From the NCBI GenBank assembly GCA_021323375.2, contig JAJPCT020000025.1, forward strand, positions 1 to 24,000: 24,000 bases of DNA. The letters run 5' to 3'. Below are positions 1 to 7,148 of this stretch, piece after piece. The number at the start of each line of letters is the position of its first letter. The stretch's first letter is position 1. Position numbers and translations under genes: made by a program. The DNA is from Candidatus Wolframiiraptor gerlachensis. GTDB taxonomy: Archaea; Thermoproteota; Nitrososphaeria_A; Caldarchaeales; Wolframiiraptoraceae. The notes under the pieces are model-generated. The model did not search any database and had not been told where the DNA came from. It saw only the letters and a program-made list of their open reading frames with translations.

Positions 1-427
1 CCCCCGCGCCCCGCTGGGCCCCCCCCCCAATGGCCTGGGGGGGGGGCCCCCGCCCCTCCGCCTTTTGTAAAGGGCCTTTTGTACTTTCCCACGCCCTGCC
101 GGTATGATGTTTTCCGCCGATCTCGATGCCCAGCCTCTCTATCACCTTTGACTCGACGAACTCGTGGACGTCCTCATAATCTCCCTCGAGCCTTAGCTCG
201 CCTTGAATTGCCTTCTCCCTAAGCTCCTTCAGTACCGAAAGTATCTTTGCCGCGTCGTCCCTCGGTATTATACCCTGCTCGCAGAGCATGATAACATGCG
301 CCATAGTCCCCTCAATATCGTCAAGAAGTATCTCTTGATCCTCGGCGAGAGATGAAAGATAGGATAATGCCTCCTCATCCATTTTTTCTAGCCTCGACCT
401 ATAGAGGCCGCCGCTGCCCGCGCTCAT
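1..427 (-). CDS. argH: Argininosuccinate lyase, N-terminal fragment only. Homology is supported for about 95-427; the frame stays open to position 1 but the sequence there is not ArgH-like.
   Basis: Minus-strand ATG at 427-425 gives MSAGSGGLYRSRLEKMDEEALSYLSSLAEDQEILLDDIEGTMAHVIMLCEQGIIPRDDAAKILSVLKELREKAIQGELRLEGDYEDVHEFVESKVIERLGIEIGGKHHTGR. This matches the fumarate-lyase/ArgH N-terminus up to the conserved HTGR. The expected SRNDQV continuation is replaced by AWESTKGPLQKAEGRGPP, encoded by the G/C block. The ORF is absent from the track because it has no stop in the window. Confidence 0.7.
   Translation of the reverse strand, partial: MSAGSGGLYRSRLEKMDEEALSYLSSLAEDQEILLDDIEGTMAHVIMLCEQGIIPRDDAAKILSVLKELREKAIQGELRLEGDYEDVHEFVESKVIERLGIEIGGKHHTGRAWESTKGPLQKAEGRGPPPQAIGGGAQRGAG
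16..49. repeat. Perfect 13-bp G/C-only inverted repeat (GGGC10 / G10CCC) with an 8-nt spacer (aatggcct), inside a very G/C-rich block at 1-60
   Basis: Read directly: 16-28 gggcccccccccc is the exact reverse complement of 37-49 ggggggggggccc. A 9-bp direct repeat ccttttgta follows at 61-69 and 75-83. Confidence 0.9.
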
Positions 428-477
428 ACACTGTCATCGCATAGAATTCGGCCCTCTAGATAGCTATTACCGGGCCC

Positions 478-762
478 CTATTCCTCGAGCTCTAGGCCAT
501 CGCGCTTATGCGTGTGAAGCACTATCGAGGTCACGGTGCTCTTCACGCCTGGTATCCTCAGTATCTTGTCTCTCAGGAATCTTCTGAACTCGCTGATCCC
601 CGGGGTCGCGACGACCGCGATTATGTCAAATTCCCCCGTTACCTCGTAGACATCAATCACCTCGGGAAGCTTGCTCAGCTCCCTGCAGACGTTCCCCAGC
701 TGGCTGGACTCCGCGAAGACATGTATGAATGCCTTAATGCCAGAACGCTCGATATATGTCAT
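478..762 (-). CDS. Stand-alone RAM domain protein (Lrp/AsnC ligand-binding domain without the DNA-binding HTH)
   Basis: 94 aa with the beta-alpha-beta-beta-alpha-beta pattern KAFIHVFAE...LPEVIDVYEVTGEFDIIAVV...FLRDKILRIPGVKSTVTSIVL, typical of the AsnC_trans_reg/RAM domain. There is no N-terminal HTH. Confidence 0.8.
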   Translation of the reverse strand: MTYIERSGIKAFIHVFAESSQLGNVCRELSKLPEVIDVYEVTGEFDIIAVVATPGISEFRRFLRDKILRIPGVKSTVTSIVLHTHKRDGLELEE

Positions 763-811
763 GCCCTATCCGGGGGTTGAGGTTGATCCGCCAATATTAA
801 GTATTTATGGC

Positions 812-2713
812 CTATTCCGTGGCCCTTTTTAGGAGCATTATCTTCCCAGGATGCTTAAGCATTAATGAGTGAACCTTCTCATCGAAGCCCTTCTCGAAGT
901 AAGCCTTTTCAAATCCCCGGACAATGTATGCTAGGAAGTCCACTTCGCTTTTCTCCGCCTCTTCATCTAGGATCTTTTCTAGGTCGCCGACCTTCACCTC
1001 GTATTCGGCTTCGTAGCCCATTGATCTGAGCTCCTTGGCAAGGTCCATGAGCGCTTTCTCGGTCTCCTGTTTCGCGGTCTCGATCTCGGCCTTTTCTCGG
1101 CCGCCAGTCATGATCTCCGGCACATCTATTATGCTGAGGAGCTTTATGCTGAAGCGCTTGTCAAGCGCCCTCTCGATCGACCTCTTTATCACCTCCGGGT
1201 CATCATATGGCCTAACTAGGACCGCGACTCGCATTCTATAGCCAGCTGGTAGGACCATGCCCCTCTCCTCCCTCCCTAGAATCGGCTTCTTGGATAGCTT
1301 TCTGAAGGCTATGTAGAGGGCGATGCCAGCAGCCATCCAGATGAAGCCGAAGAATCTTCCAGCAGGATGCAGTAAGACTACTAGGATCCAGATCGCGGTC
1401 GTCCCCACTAGGCCGAGCAGCCCCAGTATCGGTACCTCGATAGCATACTCGCCCTTACCCTTCAGCTTTATCGAGAGTGGTATCTTCCATGGCCTATAAA
1501 CCTCCCGCTCTCTAATCCTGAGGAGTAAGAGGCTTATCATCAAGAACATGTAGCTTAGTGAGCCGCCGAAGTTGTATAGGCTGGCGAGGAAGGGGATGTC
1601 GCCTGGCAGGGTTAATAGGAGACCGATAATCCCGAAGACTATTATCGTCCTCACAGGAGTCCTGAATCTCGGGTGGATATAATAGAACCATCTTGGGATG
1701 AGGTGGAATCTTCCCATGCTCGCTGCAAGGCGGGAGACGCCTATCAGGCCTGTGTTCGCGGATGCTAGGCAGAGGACGAACGCCGCGATTGCGACGAGCA
1801 TTGAGAGCTGTTCGCCAATCACCGGGAACCTGCTAACCAGCACCGCGACCGGGTTCTCGTATGATGAGCCGAGAACATGCCAGTCTAGGACGCCCATAGA
1901 GAGCACGCTAAACAATAGGACGGAGAGCATCACAGCTAGGACGCATAGCTTCGCCGCTCTTGGAATCCACCTATACGGCTTCCTCGTCTCTTCAGCAGCC
2001 TGCGCTATGGACTCTATTCCTATGAAGGATGCCATAGCAAGCGTTAATCCATAGAGGAAGTTGTTTAAGCCCGTGTCTAGGAAATCGAAGTACTCGACCT
2101 CCGAGAGGCGTTCCGGGTTTCCAAGCTGCGTTAGCTGGTTTAGGAAGAGATTGGCATCGAATCTCGTGAGAAAGCCCATGACCAGGATTGAGACCTGAAC
2201 TATTAACCCTATTATCACGAGGCATGAGATCAGGTCAGCCGAATACCTTATCCCCACATAGTTTATTGCGATTAGGAATGCGACAAGTAGGGAGGCAATT
2301 AGCCCGAGGCCACTAATCTCTAAGCCGGGGCAAATTTGAATCGAGAATCCCCTTATCCATGTGAAGAGATATTTCAGGTATCCGGAGGCGGCGGTTGCAA
2401 AGAGAGAGAGGCATAGCATGTAGTCGAGCATTATCGCCCAGCCAGCTATGAAGCTCAGTAGCGAATTCGAGGCTCTCAACGCATATACCTGAACCCCTCC
2501 AGCATAGGGATATGTTGGGGCGAGCTCGGCATATGTAAGGCCGATCGAGACATATATTATGGCCGCGGCTAGGAAGGCGAGGGGCGCCGCTCCCCCAGCA
2601 TAGAGAGTAACTATACCAAGGGCTATGAATATGTCTGCGCCCACGTCTCCATAGCCCATGGCAAAGGAGCCGAACCAGCCGACCTCACGCTTAAGCCTAG
2701 CCTCTTTACTCAA
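812..2713 (-). CDS. APC-superfamily amino acid permease fused to a C-terminal universal-stress-protein (Usp)-like domain
   Basis: 633 aa with a TTG start. The N-terminus WFGSFAMGYGDVGADIFIALG plus about 12 hydrophobic segments is typical of an APC permease. The C-terminal ~150 aa (RVAVLVRP...LLSIIDVPE...DFLAYIVRG...GKIMLLK) has Usp-like alpha/beta strand spacing. Confidence 0.8.
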   Translation of the reverse strand: MSKEARLKREVGWFGSFAMGYGDVGADIFIALGIVTLYAGGAAPLAFLAAAIIYVSIGLTYAELAPTYPYAGGVQVYALRASNSLLSFIAGWAIMLDYMLCLSLFATAASGYLKYLFTWIRGFSIQICPGLEISGLGLIASLLVAFLIAINYVGIRYSADLISCLVIIGLIVQVSILVMGFLTRFDANLFLNQLTQLGNPERLSEVEYFDFLDTGLNNFLYGLTLAMASFIGIESIAQAAEETRKPYRWIPRAAKLCVLAVMLSVLLFSVLSMGVLDWHVLGSSYENPVAVLVSRFPVIGEQLSMLVAIAAFVLCLASANTGLIGVSRLAASMGRFHLIPRWFYYIHPRFRTPVRTIIVFGIIGLLLTLPGDIPFLASLYNFGGSLSYMFLMISLLLLRIREREVYRPWKIPLSIKLKGKGEYAIEVPILGLLGLVGTTAIWILVVLLHPAGRFFGFIWMAAGIALYIAFRKLSKKPILGREERGMVLPAGYRMRVAVLVRPYDDPEVIKRSIERALDKRFSIKLLSIIDVPEIMTGGREKAEIETAKQETEKALMDLAKELRSMGYEAEYEVKVGDLEKILDEEAEKSEVDFLAYIVRGFEKAYFEKGFDEKVHSLMLKHPGKIMLLKRATE

Positions 2714-3160
2714 GCCCTCAAAACCGGTGATAGATGAAGAAAACTCACCTTAATAGACTAATCTCAAGGGAGGATTGTATCCCGTTGCTGGAAGAGAAGC
2801 AGGAAAATTAGCGTCAATCTCACAAAGGTAAAGATGTGTGAATCATTGATTTAACAACGTTACAAGATTTCCATAAATCCATTTAGTGAGCGAGATGAGA
2901 TTGGCGAATAAATGATTGTTGTCGCAGCCTCAATGCCACATTCACGGCGATACTATTCCTATGCATATTAGCATCTCAAGCGCTAGATTGAGATGGATAT
3001 TCGGGCTACTCATCATCGTGATGACGCTCTAAAAGCTGATGGCCTGACGCCATAAACCCCTTATCCAATAAATTAAATAATGTTTAACACCGCTGCCATT
3101 TTTATCGCAGAATTCATGTATGCTAGAAGAATGTCGCAATTTTTGTATGATGCTTGTTGG

Positions 3161-3236
3161 TGGTGGACCGGGCGGGATTTGAACCCGCGACCTCCCGCGT
3201 GCAAGGCGGGCGATCTCCCAGCTGATCTACCGGCCC
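3161..3236 (-). tRNA. tRNA-Ala (anticodon UGC), 76 nt, CCA encoded, no intron
   Basis: The reverse complement folds as GGGCCGG-TA-GATC-AGCTGGGA-GATC-G-CCCGC-CTTGCAC-GCGGG-AGGTC-GCGGG-TTCAAAT-CCCGC-CCGGTCC-A-CCA. All four stems pair. The G3:U70 alanine identity pair and the A73 discriminator are present. Confidence 0.95.
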
Positions 3237-3262
3237 CCATTAGCTTCTTTCTTGTCGTGGAG

Positions 3263-3269
3263 TATTTTA
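3263..3269 (-). promoter_or_regulatory. TATA-like box (TAAAATA on the minus strand) about 30 nt upstream of the tRNA-Ala 5' end
   Basis: Position and A/T composition fit archaeal TATA spacing. No other A/T element lies in the 3237-3287 spacer on that strand. Confidence 0.45.
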
Positions 3270-3287
3270 GACTTTCCTAAGGTTCTG

Positions 3288-3299
3288 AAATATTAATAT
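3288..3299 (+). promoter_or_regulatory. TATA-like box (aaatattaatat) about 28 nt upstream of the PfkB-kinase ATG; a leaderless or near-leaderless transcript is likely
   Basis: A/T-only 12-mer whose distance to ATG 3322 matches the archaeal TATA-to-TSS spacing. No Shine-Dalgarno motif lies between them. Confidence 0.5.
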
Positions 3300-3321
3300 C
3301 CGTCCCTTTTGAGTTCTCTCT

Positions 3322-4287
3322 ATGATGATCTTTGCTGTTGGCGAGGTCTTGATTGATTTTATCGCTGTCGAGGAGGCTGACTTGAAGGATGTGAGAGTTT
3401 TTGAGAAGCATCCTGGCGGCGCTCCGGCGAATATGGTTGTGGGCTTGAGAAGGCTGAATGTCCCTTCCGGGCTGATAAGTAAGGTTGGGAGAGATGCTTT
3501 CGGGGAATTTCTGGTTGAAAGGCTCAGGGAGGAGGGTGTTGATACTAGATACATTGTATATGACGATGAGAGGAATACAGGTGTTGTCTTTGTGCAACTT
3601 AAGCAGGCTGAGCCGAGCTTCCTCCTCTATGACCATGTAGCATACTTTAATCTCAGACTTGATGAGGTGGATAAGTCGTTCCTAGATAAGGCTGATCTGC
3701 TGCATTTTGGTGGTGTTCTCCTGGCTAGGGAGCCTAGTAGGTCGACGAGTCTAGAGCTTGCGCGGATGGCGAGAAGCCGGGGGATACCAACGAGCTTTGA
3801 CGTAAATATTAGGCCCAATCTCTGGGTGGGTAGGATGGATGAGCTTGTAAGCTGTATGGAGGCGGCGCTAAAGCACGCCGACATAGTTAAGCTTGGGAGG
3901 GGGGAGAGAAGGCTACTCGAGGATTATGGCATTGATATAATGAGCTTTAACATAAAGCTGATCGCTATAACGAAGGGCGCTGAGGGTAGTGAGCTGATAT
4001 ATGGAGGCCAGGCGGTGAGTGTGCCAGCATATAGGGTTGAGGCCGTTGACCCGACAGGCGCGGGCGATGCGTATATGGCTGCGCTTCTTGCTGCACTTTA
4101 CTCTATGGGGAAGCTAAGGGAGCTTGTGCTTAGTAGTGAGGAGCTTAGGCTTGCTGGAAGATTTGCGAACATTGTCGCTGCGATCTCGACGACTAAGAGG
4201 GGGGCATGGAGCACGCCACGGGTAGAATCACTTCAAGAAATCCCAGAAATAAGACCCATAGTTGAGAAGCTCATGGCGACTAAATAA
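3322..4287 (+). CDS. PfkB-family carbohydrate kinase (fructokinase/KDG-kinase-like)
   Basis: 321 aa. The N-terminal motif GEVLIDFI...GGAPANMVVGLRRLN and the C-terminal motif DPTGAGDAYMAALL are the two PfkB signatures. The exact sugar substrate cannot be called from sequence alone. Confidence 0.85.
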   Translation: MMIFAVGEVLIDFIAVEEADLKDVRVFEKHPGGAPANMVVGLRRLNVPSGLISKVGRDAFGEFLVERLREEGVDTRYIVYDDERNTGVVFVQLKQAEPSFLLYDHVAYFNLRLDEVDKSFLDKADLLHFGGVLLAREPSRSTSLELARMARSRGIPTSFDVNIRPNLWVGRMDELVSCMEAALKHADIVKLGRGERRLLEDYGIDIMSFNIKLIAITKGAEGSELIYGGQAVSVPAYRVEAVDPTGAGDAYMAALLAALYSMGKLRELVLSSEELRLAGRFANIVAAISTTKRGAWSTPRVESLQEIPEIRPIVEKLMATK

Positions 4288-4401
4288 TTCTTGGCTTCAT
4301 CACCCCTTCCTCGAGTTTCTTTAATCAAGGCGCCTAGGAGTAGTAATATTAATACTGGGATCGTATTTGTTAACGCGGGTCTCATGCCGTCTTTCCCTGA
4401 G

Positions 4402-5700
4402 ATGCTGCGAAATGCTCTGAGCAAGTTCAGGTCAGCCGCGACCGTGGATAAGAGGACTGTCGAGGAGCTTATAAGGGATATTCAGAGAGCGCTCCTTATC
4501 GCTGATGTCAACGTAGAGCTTGTCAAAAAGATCTCGGATAGGATTAGGGAGAGAGCCTTCTCGGGTGAGCTGCCGCCCGGGATCTCGAGAAGGGACTACG
4601 TGATCAAGGTCGTCTATGAGGAGCTTGTGAGACTCCTTGGCGAGAAGCCCGCTGAGATAAGGATCACTAAGAGGCCATATGTCATAATGGCTGTCGGGAT
4701 TCAGGGGGCTGGGAAGACCACGAGCATCGCGAAGATAGCATATTATCTCAAGAGGATGGGTTATAGGGTTGCGGTTGTCTGCGCTGACACGTATAGGCCT
4801 GGAGCATATGAGCAGCTTAAACAGCTTCTTGATGGAAGGGATATCCCCGTCTTTCATGAGGGCTCCGATGCTGTTGAGATCGCGAGGAATGGTGTGAGGC
4901 GCTTCTCTGATGAGGGCTATGATGTTATCCTGATAGATACTGCTGGGAGGCATAAGAGCCAGGAGGATCTCATGAAGGAGATGAGGGTTCTTCAGGAAAG
5001 CATTAAGCCCGATGAGGTGATGCTCATCATCGATGCCACTACAGGTCAGGCTGCTGGAGAGCATGCCAGGGCTTTCCACCAGGCGGCTCCCGTCGGGTCA
5101 ATAGTCTTAACGAAGATGGATACTTCGGCTAGGGGTGGAGGGGCATTATCCGCGATCGTGGAGACAGGTGCCAAAATAAAGTTCATTGGGACTGGTGAGA
5201 AGCTGGAGGAGATCGAGCTCTTTAACCCGAAGGGATATGTGGGCAGGCTCCTTGGCATAGGCGACTTGGAAGGGCTACTTGAAAGGATCAAGCTCGCTGA
5301 GATCGAGGTGAGTGAAGAACGCGCGAAGAAGATGCTACGGGGGGAGTTCACGCTCGAGGAGTTCGTTAAGCAGTTGAGGGAGGTTAGGAAGATGGGGCCC
5401 CTCTCGAAGCTTTTATCGAGGCTTCCGCTGCTCGGGCTCCCCGACATCCCACAGGACGCCCTCAAGGAGGCGGAGGAGAAGATCGAGAAGTGGTGGGCGA
5501 TAATACAGTCCATGACGCCGGAGGAGAGGAGTGACCCAGATATACTCGATGCCTCGAGAGTTAGAAGGATCGCGAGAGGCGCCGGGGTATCTGAGGGCGA
5601 TGTCAAGGCCCTCTTGAGACAGTATAAGCTGACAAGGAAGCTCATTAAGAGGGCGAAGAAGGCGCCCCATAAGCTTGCAGGCCTTAGGGGGTTAGGATAA
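4402..5700 (+). CDS. srp54: Signal recognition particle protein SRP54
   Basis: GTPase motifs GIQGAGKTT, DTAGRH and TKMD are followed by a Met-rich M domain (LGIGDLEGLLE...KMLRGEFTLEEF...MGPL). The track ORF starts at TTG 4291, but MLRNALSKF at ATG 4402 aligns with archaeal SRP54 N-termini. A TATA-like aatattaata at 4345-4354 lies inside the extended version. ATG 4384 is an alternative start. Confidence 0.93.
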   Translation: MLRNALSKFRSAATVDKRTVEELIRDIQRALLIADVNVELVKKISDRIRERAFSGELPPGISRRDYVIKVVYEELVRLLGEKPAEIRITKRPYVIMAVGIQGAGKTTSIAKIAYYLKRMGYRVAVVCADTYRPGAYEQLKQLLDGRDIPVFHEGSDAVEIARNGVRRFSDEGYDVILIDTAGRHKSQEDLMKEMRVLQESIKPDEVMLIIDATTGQAAGEHARAFHQAAPVGSIVLTKMDTSARGGGALSAIVETGAKIKFIGTGEKLEEIELFNPKGYVGRLLGIGDLEGLLERIKLAEIEVSEERAKKMLRGEFTLEEFVKQLREVRKMGPLSKLLSRLPLLGLPDIPQDALKEAEEKIEKWWAIIQSMTPEERSDPDILDASRVRRIARGAGVSEGDVKALLRQYKLTRKLIKRAKKAPHKLAGLRGLG

Positions 5701-5755
5701 CAATCCTCCCAAAGATTATGGTTATTAGGATAATTGCGGCATCATCACGCCGGGG

Positions 5756-7111
5756 TTGTCATTCGAGGGGCTGGCCGAGGTTTTGGGGAAGGCTGAGAGG
5801 CTGCTTCTAGCCCACTCTCTCTGCGATTATTGCCTTGGTAGACAGTTCTCCTCACTATGCTATGGCGCTGGGAATGATGAGAGGGGTAGAGCGCTGAAGC
5901 TCATCCTCACTATGTGGAGCCTCATTCGGTATAGGGAGTCCGGGGAGACGCCGGAGATCTTGAGAAGACTCGCTTCAACGGGCTTCGGCCCCGCGGTGAA
6001 GACCCTGCAGGCGCTTGGTGAGGTGCCGCCCAAGCAGTCTCCATGCTACATCTGCGGTGGAGCCCTAACTAGGAGGAGGATGGAGGAGGTTGCCGAGAAG
6101 GCCGCGGAGGAGCTGAGGGAATACGAGTTCAGGAATCTCTTGGTTGGTGCCAAGGTTCCAGCGGATGTGAGGGAGAGGGAGGATGAGCTTAGAGCGGCCT
6201 TCAGCATAGACACGGGGGAGGATATCAAGGAAGATATCACAAGAGGTGTTGGCTCGGCGCTCCAGAGGAGATTCAAGGTCCCGGTCGAGTACCAGAACCC
6301 GGACATCGTCGTCCTTGTTGACATATTCTCCGGGACGTATGAGCTGCAGGTTAACCCCCTCTTCATTAAGGGGCTATACAGGAAGCTTCAGAAGAATATA
6401 CCTCAGACGCCTTGGTATTGTAGATACTGCTGGGGCCGTGGATGCGGGAGATGCAATTATACTGGGAGGGAGTATCCGGGGTCTGTTAGCGAGCTGATAG
6501 GTGAGCCTGCTCTCAAGCTCTTCGAGGCCTTGAGTTACAAGTTTCACGGCGCGGGGAGGGAAGATGTTGATGCCACTGTCACGGGAACCGGCAGGCCATT
6601 CATCCTAGAGCTAAAGCATCCTAGAAAGAGGTTTGTTGACTTAACGCTTCTGGAGAAGATTGTGAATGAGGATGCGAGGGGGAAGGTGGAGATCTCGAAC
6701 CTAGAATATTCGAGTAGGAGGGAGCTGAGGATATTGAAGAACCTCTCCCCCATAGCGTCGAAGACCTATGAGGCCGTGGTTGAGTTTGATGGCGACGTGG
6801 ATGAGGGGGCGCTGAGACAGGTTATGGAGATGTTCAGGGATCTTGTGATAAATCAGAGGACCCCTAGAAGGGTTTTGAGGAGGAGGGCTGACAAGATTAG
6901 GCAGAAGAAGGTCTACTATGTTGAGGCTGAGAAGCTTGGCGACCGCGTCGTCAAGTTCAGGATCAAGGCTCAGGGCGGCCTATACATAAAGGAGCTCATA
7001 GATGGCGATGAGGGGAGGACCGAGCCCAATATAGCGGAGGTCCTCGGTAGGAGGCCTCTCAAGATAGACCTCTCCGTTATCGAGGTTGAGTATCCAGGGA
7101 CCAGGGGATAG
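5756..7111 (+). CDS. pus10: tRNA pseudouridine(54/55) synthase Pus10
   Basis: 451 aa with a TTG start. N-terminal Zn-binding cysteines (CDYC...CYIC), a second cluster (CRYCWGRGCGRC) and the catalytic motif GAGREDVD are present, giving the THUMP-plus-PsiS architecture of archaeal Pus10. Confidence 0.88.
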   Translation: MSFEGLAEVLGKAERLLLAHSLCDYCLGRQFSSLCYGAGNDERGRALKLILTMWSLIRYRESGETPEILRRLASTGFGPAVKTLQALGEVPPKQSPCYICGGALTRRRMEEVAEKAAEELREYEFRNLLVGAKVPADVREREDELRAAFSIDTGEDIKEDITRGVGSALQRRFKVPVEYQNPDIVVLVDIFSGTYELQVNPLFIKGLYRKLQKNIPQTPWYCRYCWGRGCGRCNYTGREYPGSVSELIGEPALKLFEALSYKFHGAGREDVDATVTGTGRPFILELKHPRKRFVDLTLLEKIVNEDARGKVEISNLEYSSRRELRILKNLSPIASKTYEAVVEFDGDVDEGALRQVMEMFRDLVINQRTPRRVLRRRADKIRQKKVYYVEAEKLGDRVVKFRIKAQGGLYIKELIDGDEGRTEPNIAEVLGRRPLKIDLSVIEVEYPGTRG

Positions 7112-7148
7112 CCGCCTCCGGAAAAATAAGCTGGGAAAATATGGTGGT

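Noticed and set aside
3018-3047. C/D-box sRNA-like elements: gtgatga (C box) followed by ctga twice
   Set aside because: The span from C box to last D box is only 30 nt, against about 50-60 nt for archaeal C/D sRNAs. There is no proper C' box, no ~12-nt second guide and no terminal stem flanking the boxes. The minus-strand gatgatga nearby has no downstream CTGA at a suitable distance.
3080-3280. A 66-aa plus-strand ORF in the track
   Set aside because: It runs straight across the tRNA-Ala gene (3161-3236) on the opposite strand and across A/T-rich promoter sequence, so it is spurious.
4432-5645. Two long minus-strand ORFs (215 aa and 199 aa) covering almost the whole SRP54 gene in antisense
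   Set aside because: The sense strand encodes an unmistakable SRP54 with all GTPase motifs. The antisense translations are S/L/P-rich and low-complexity with no motifs. That is the expected by-product of a GAG/AAG/CTC-rich coding strand with few antisense stop codons.
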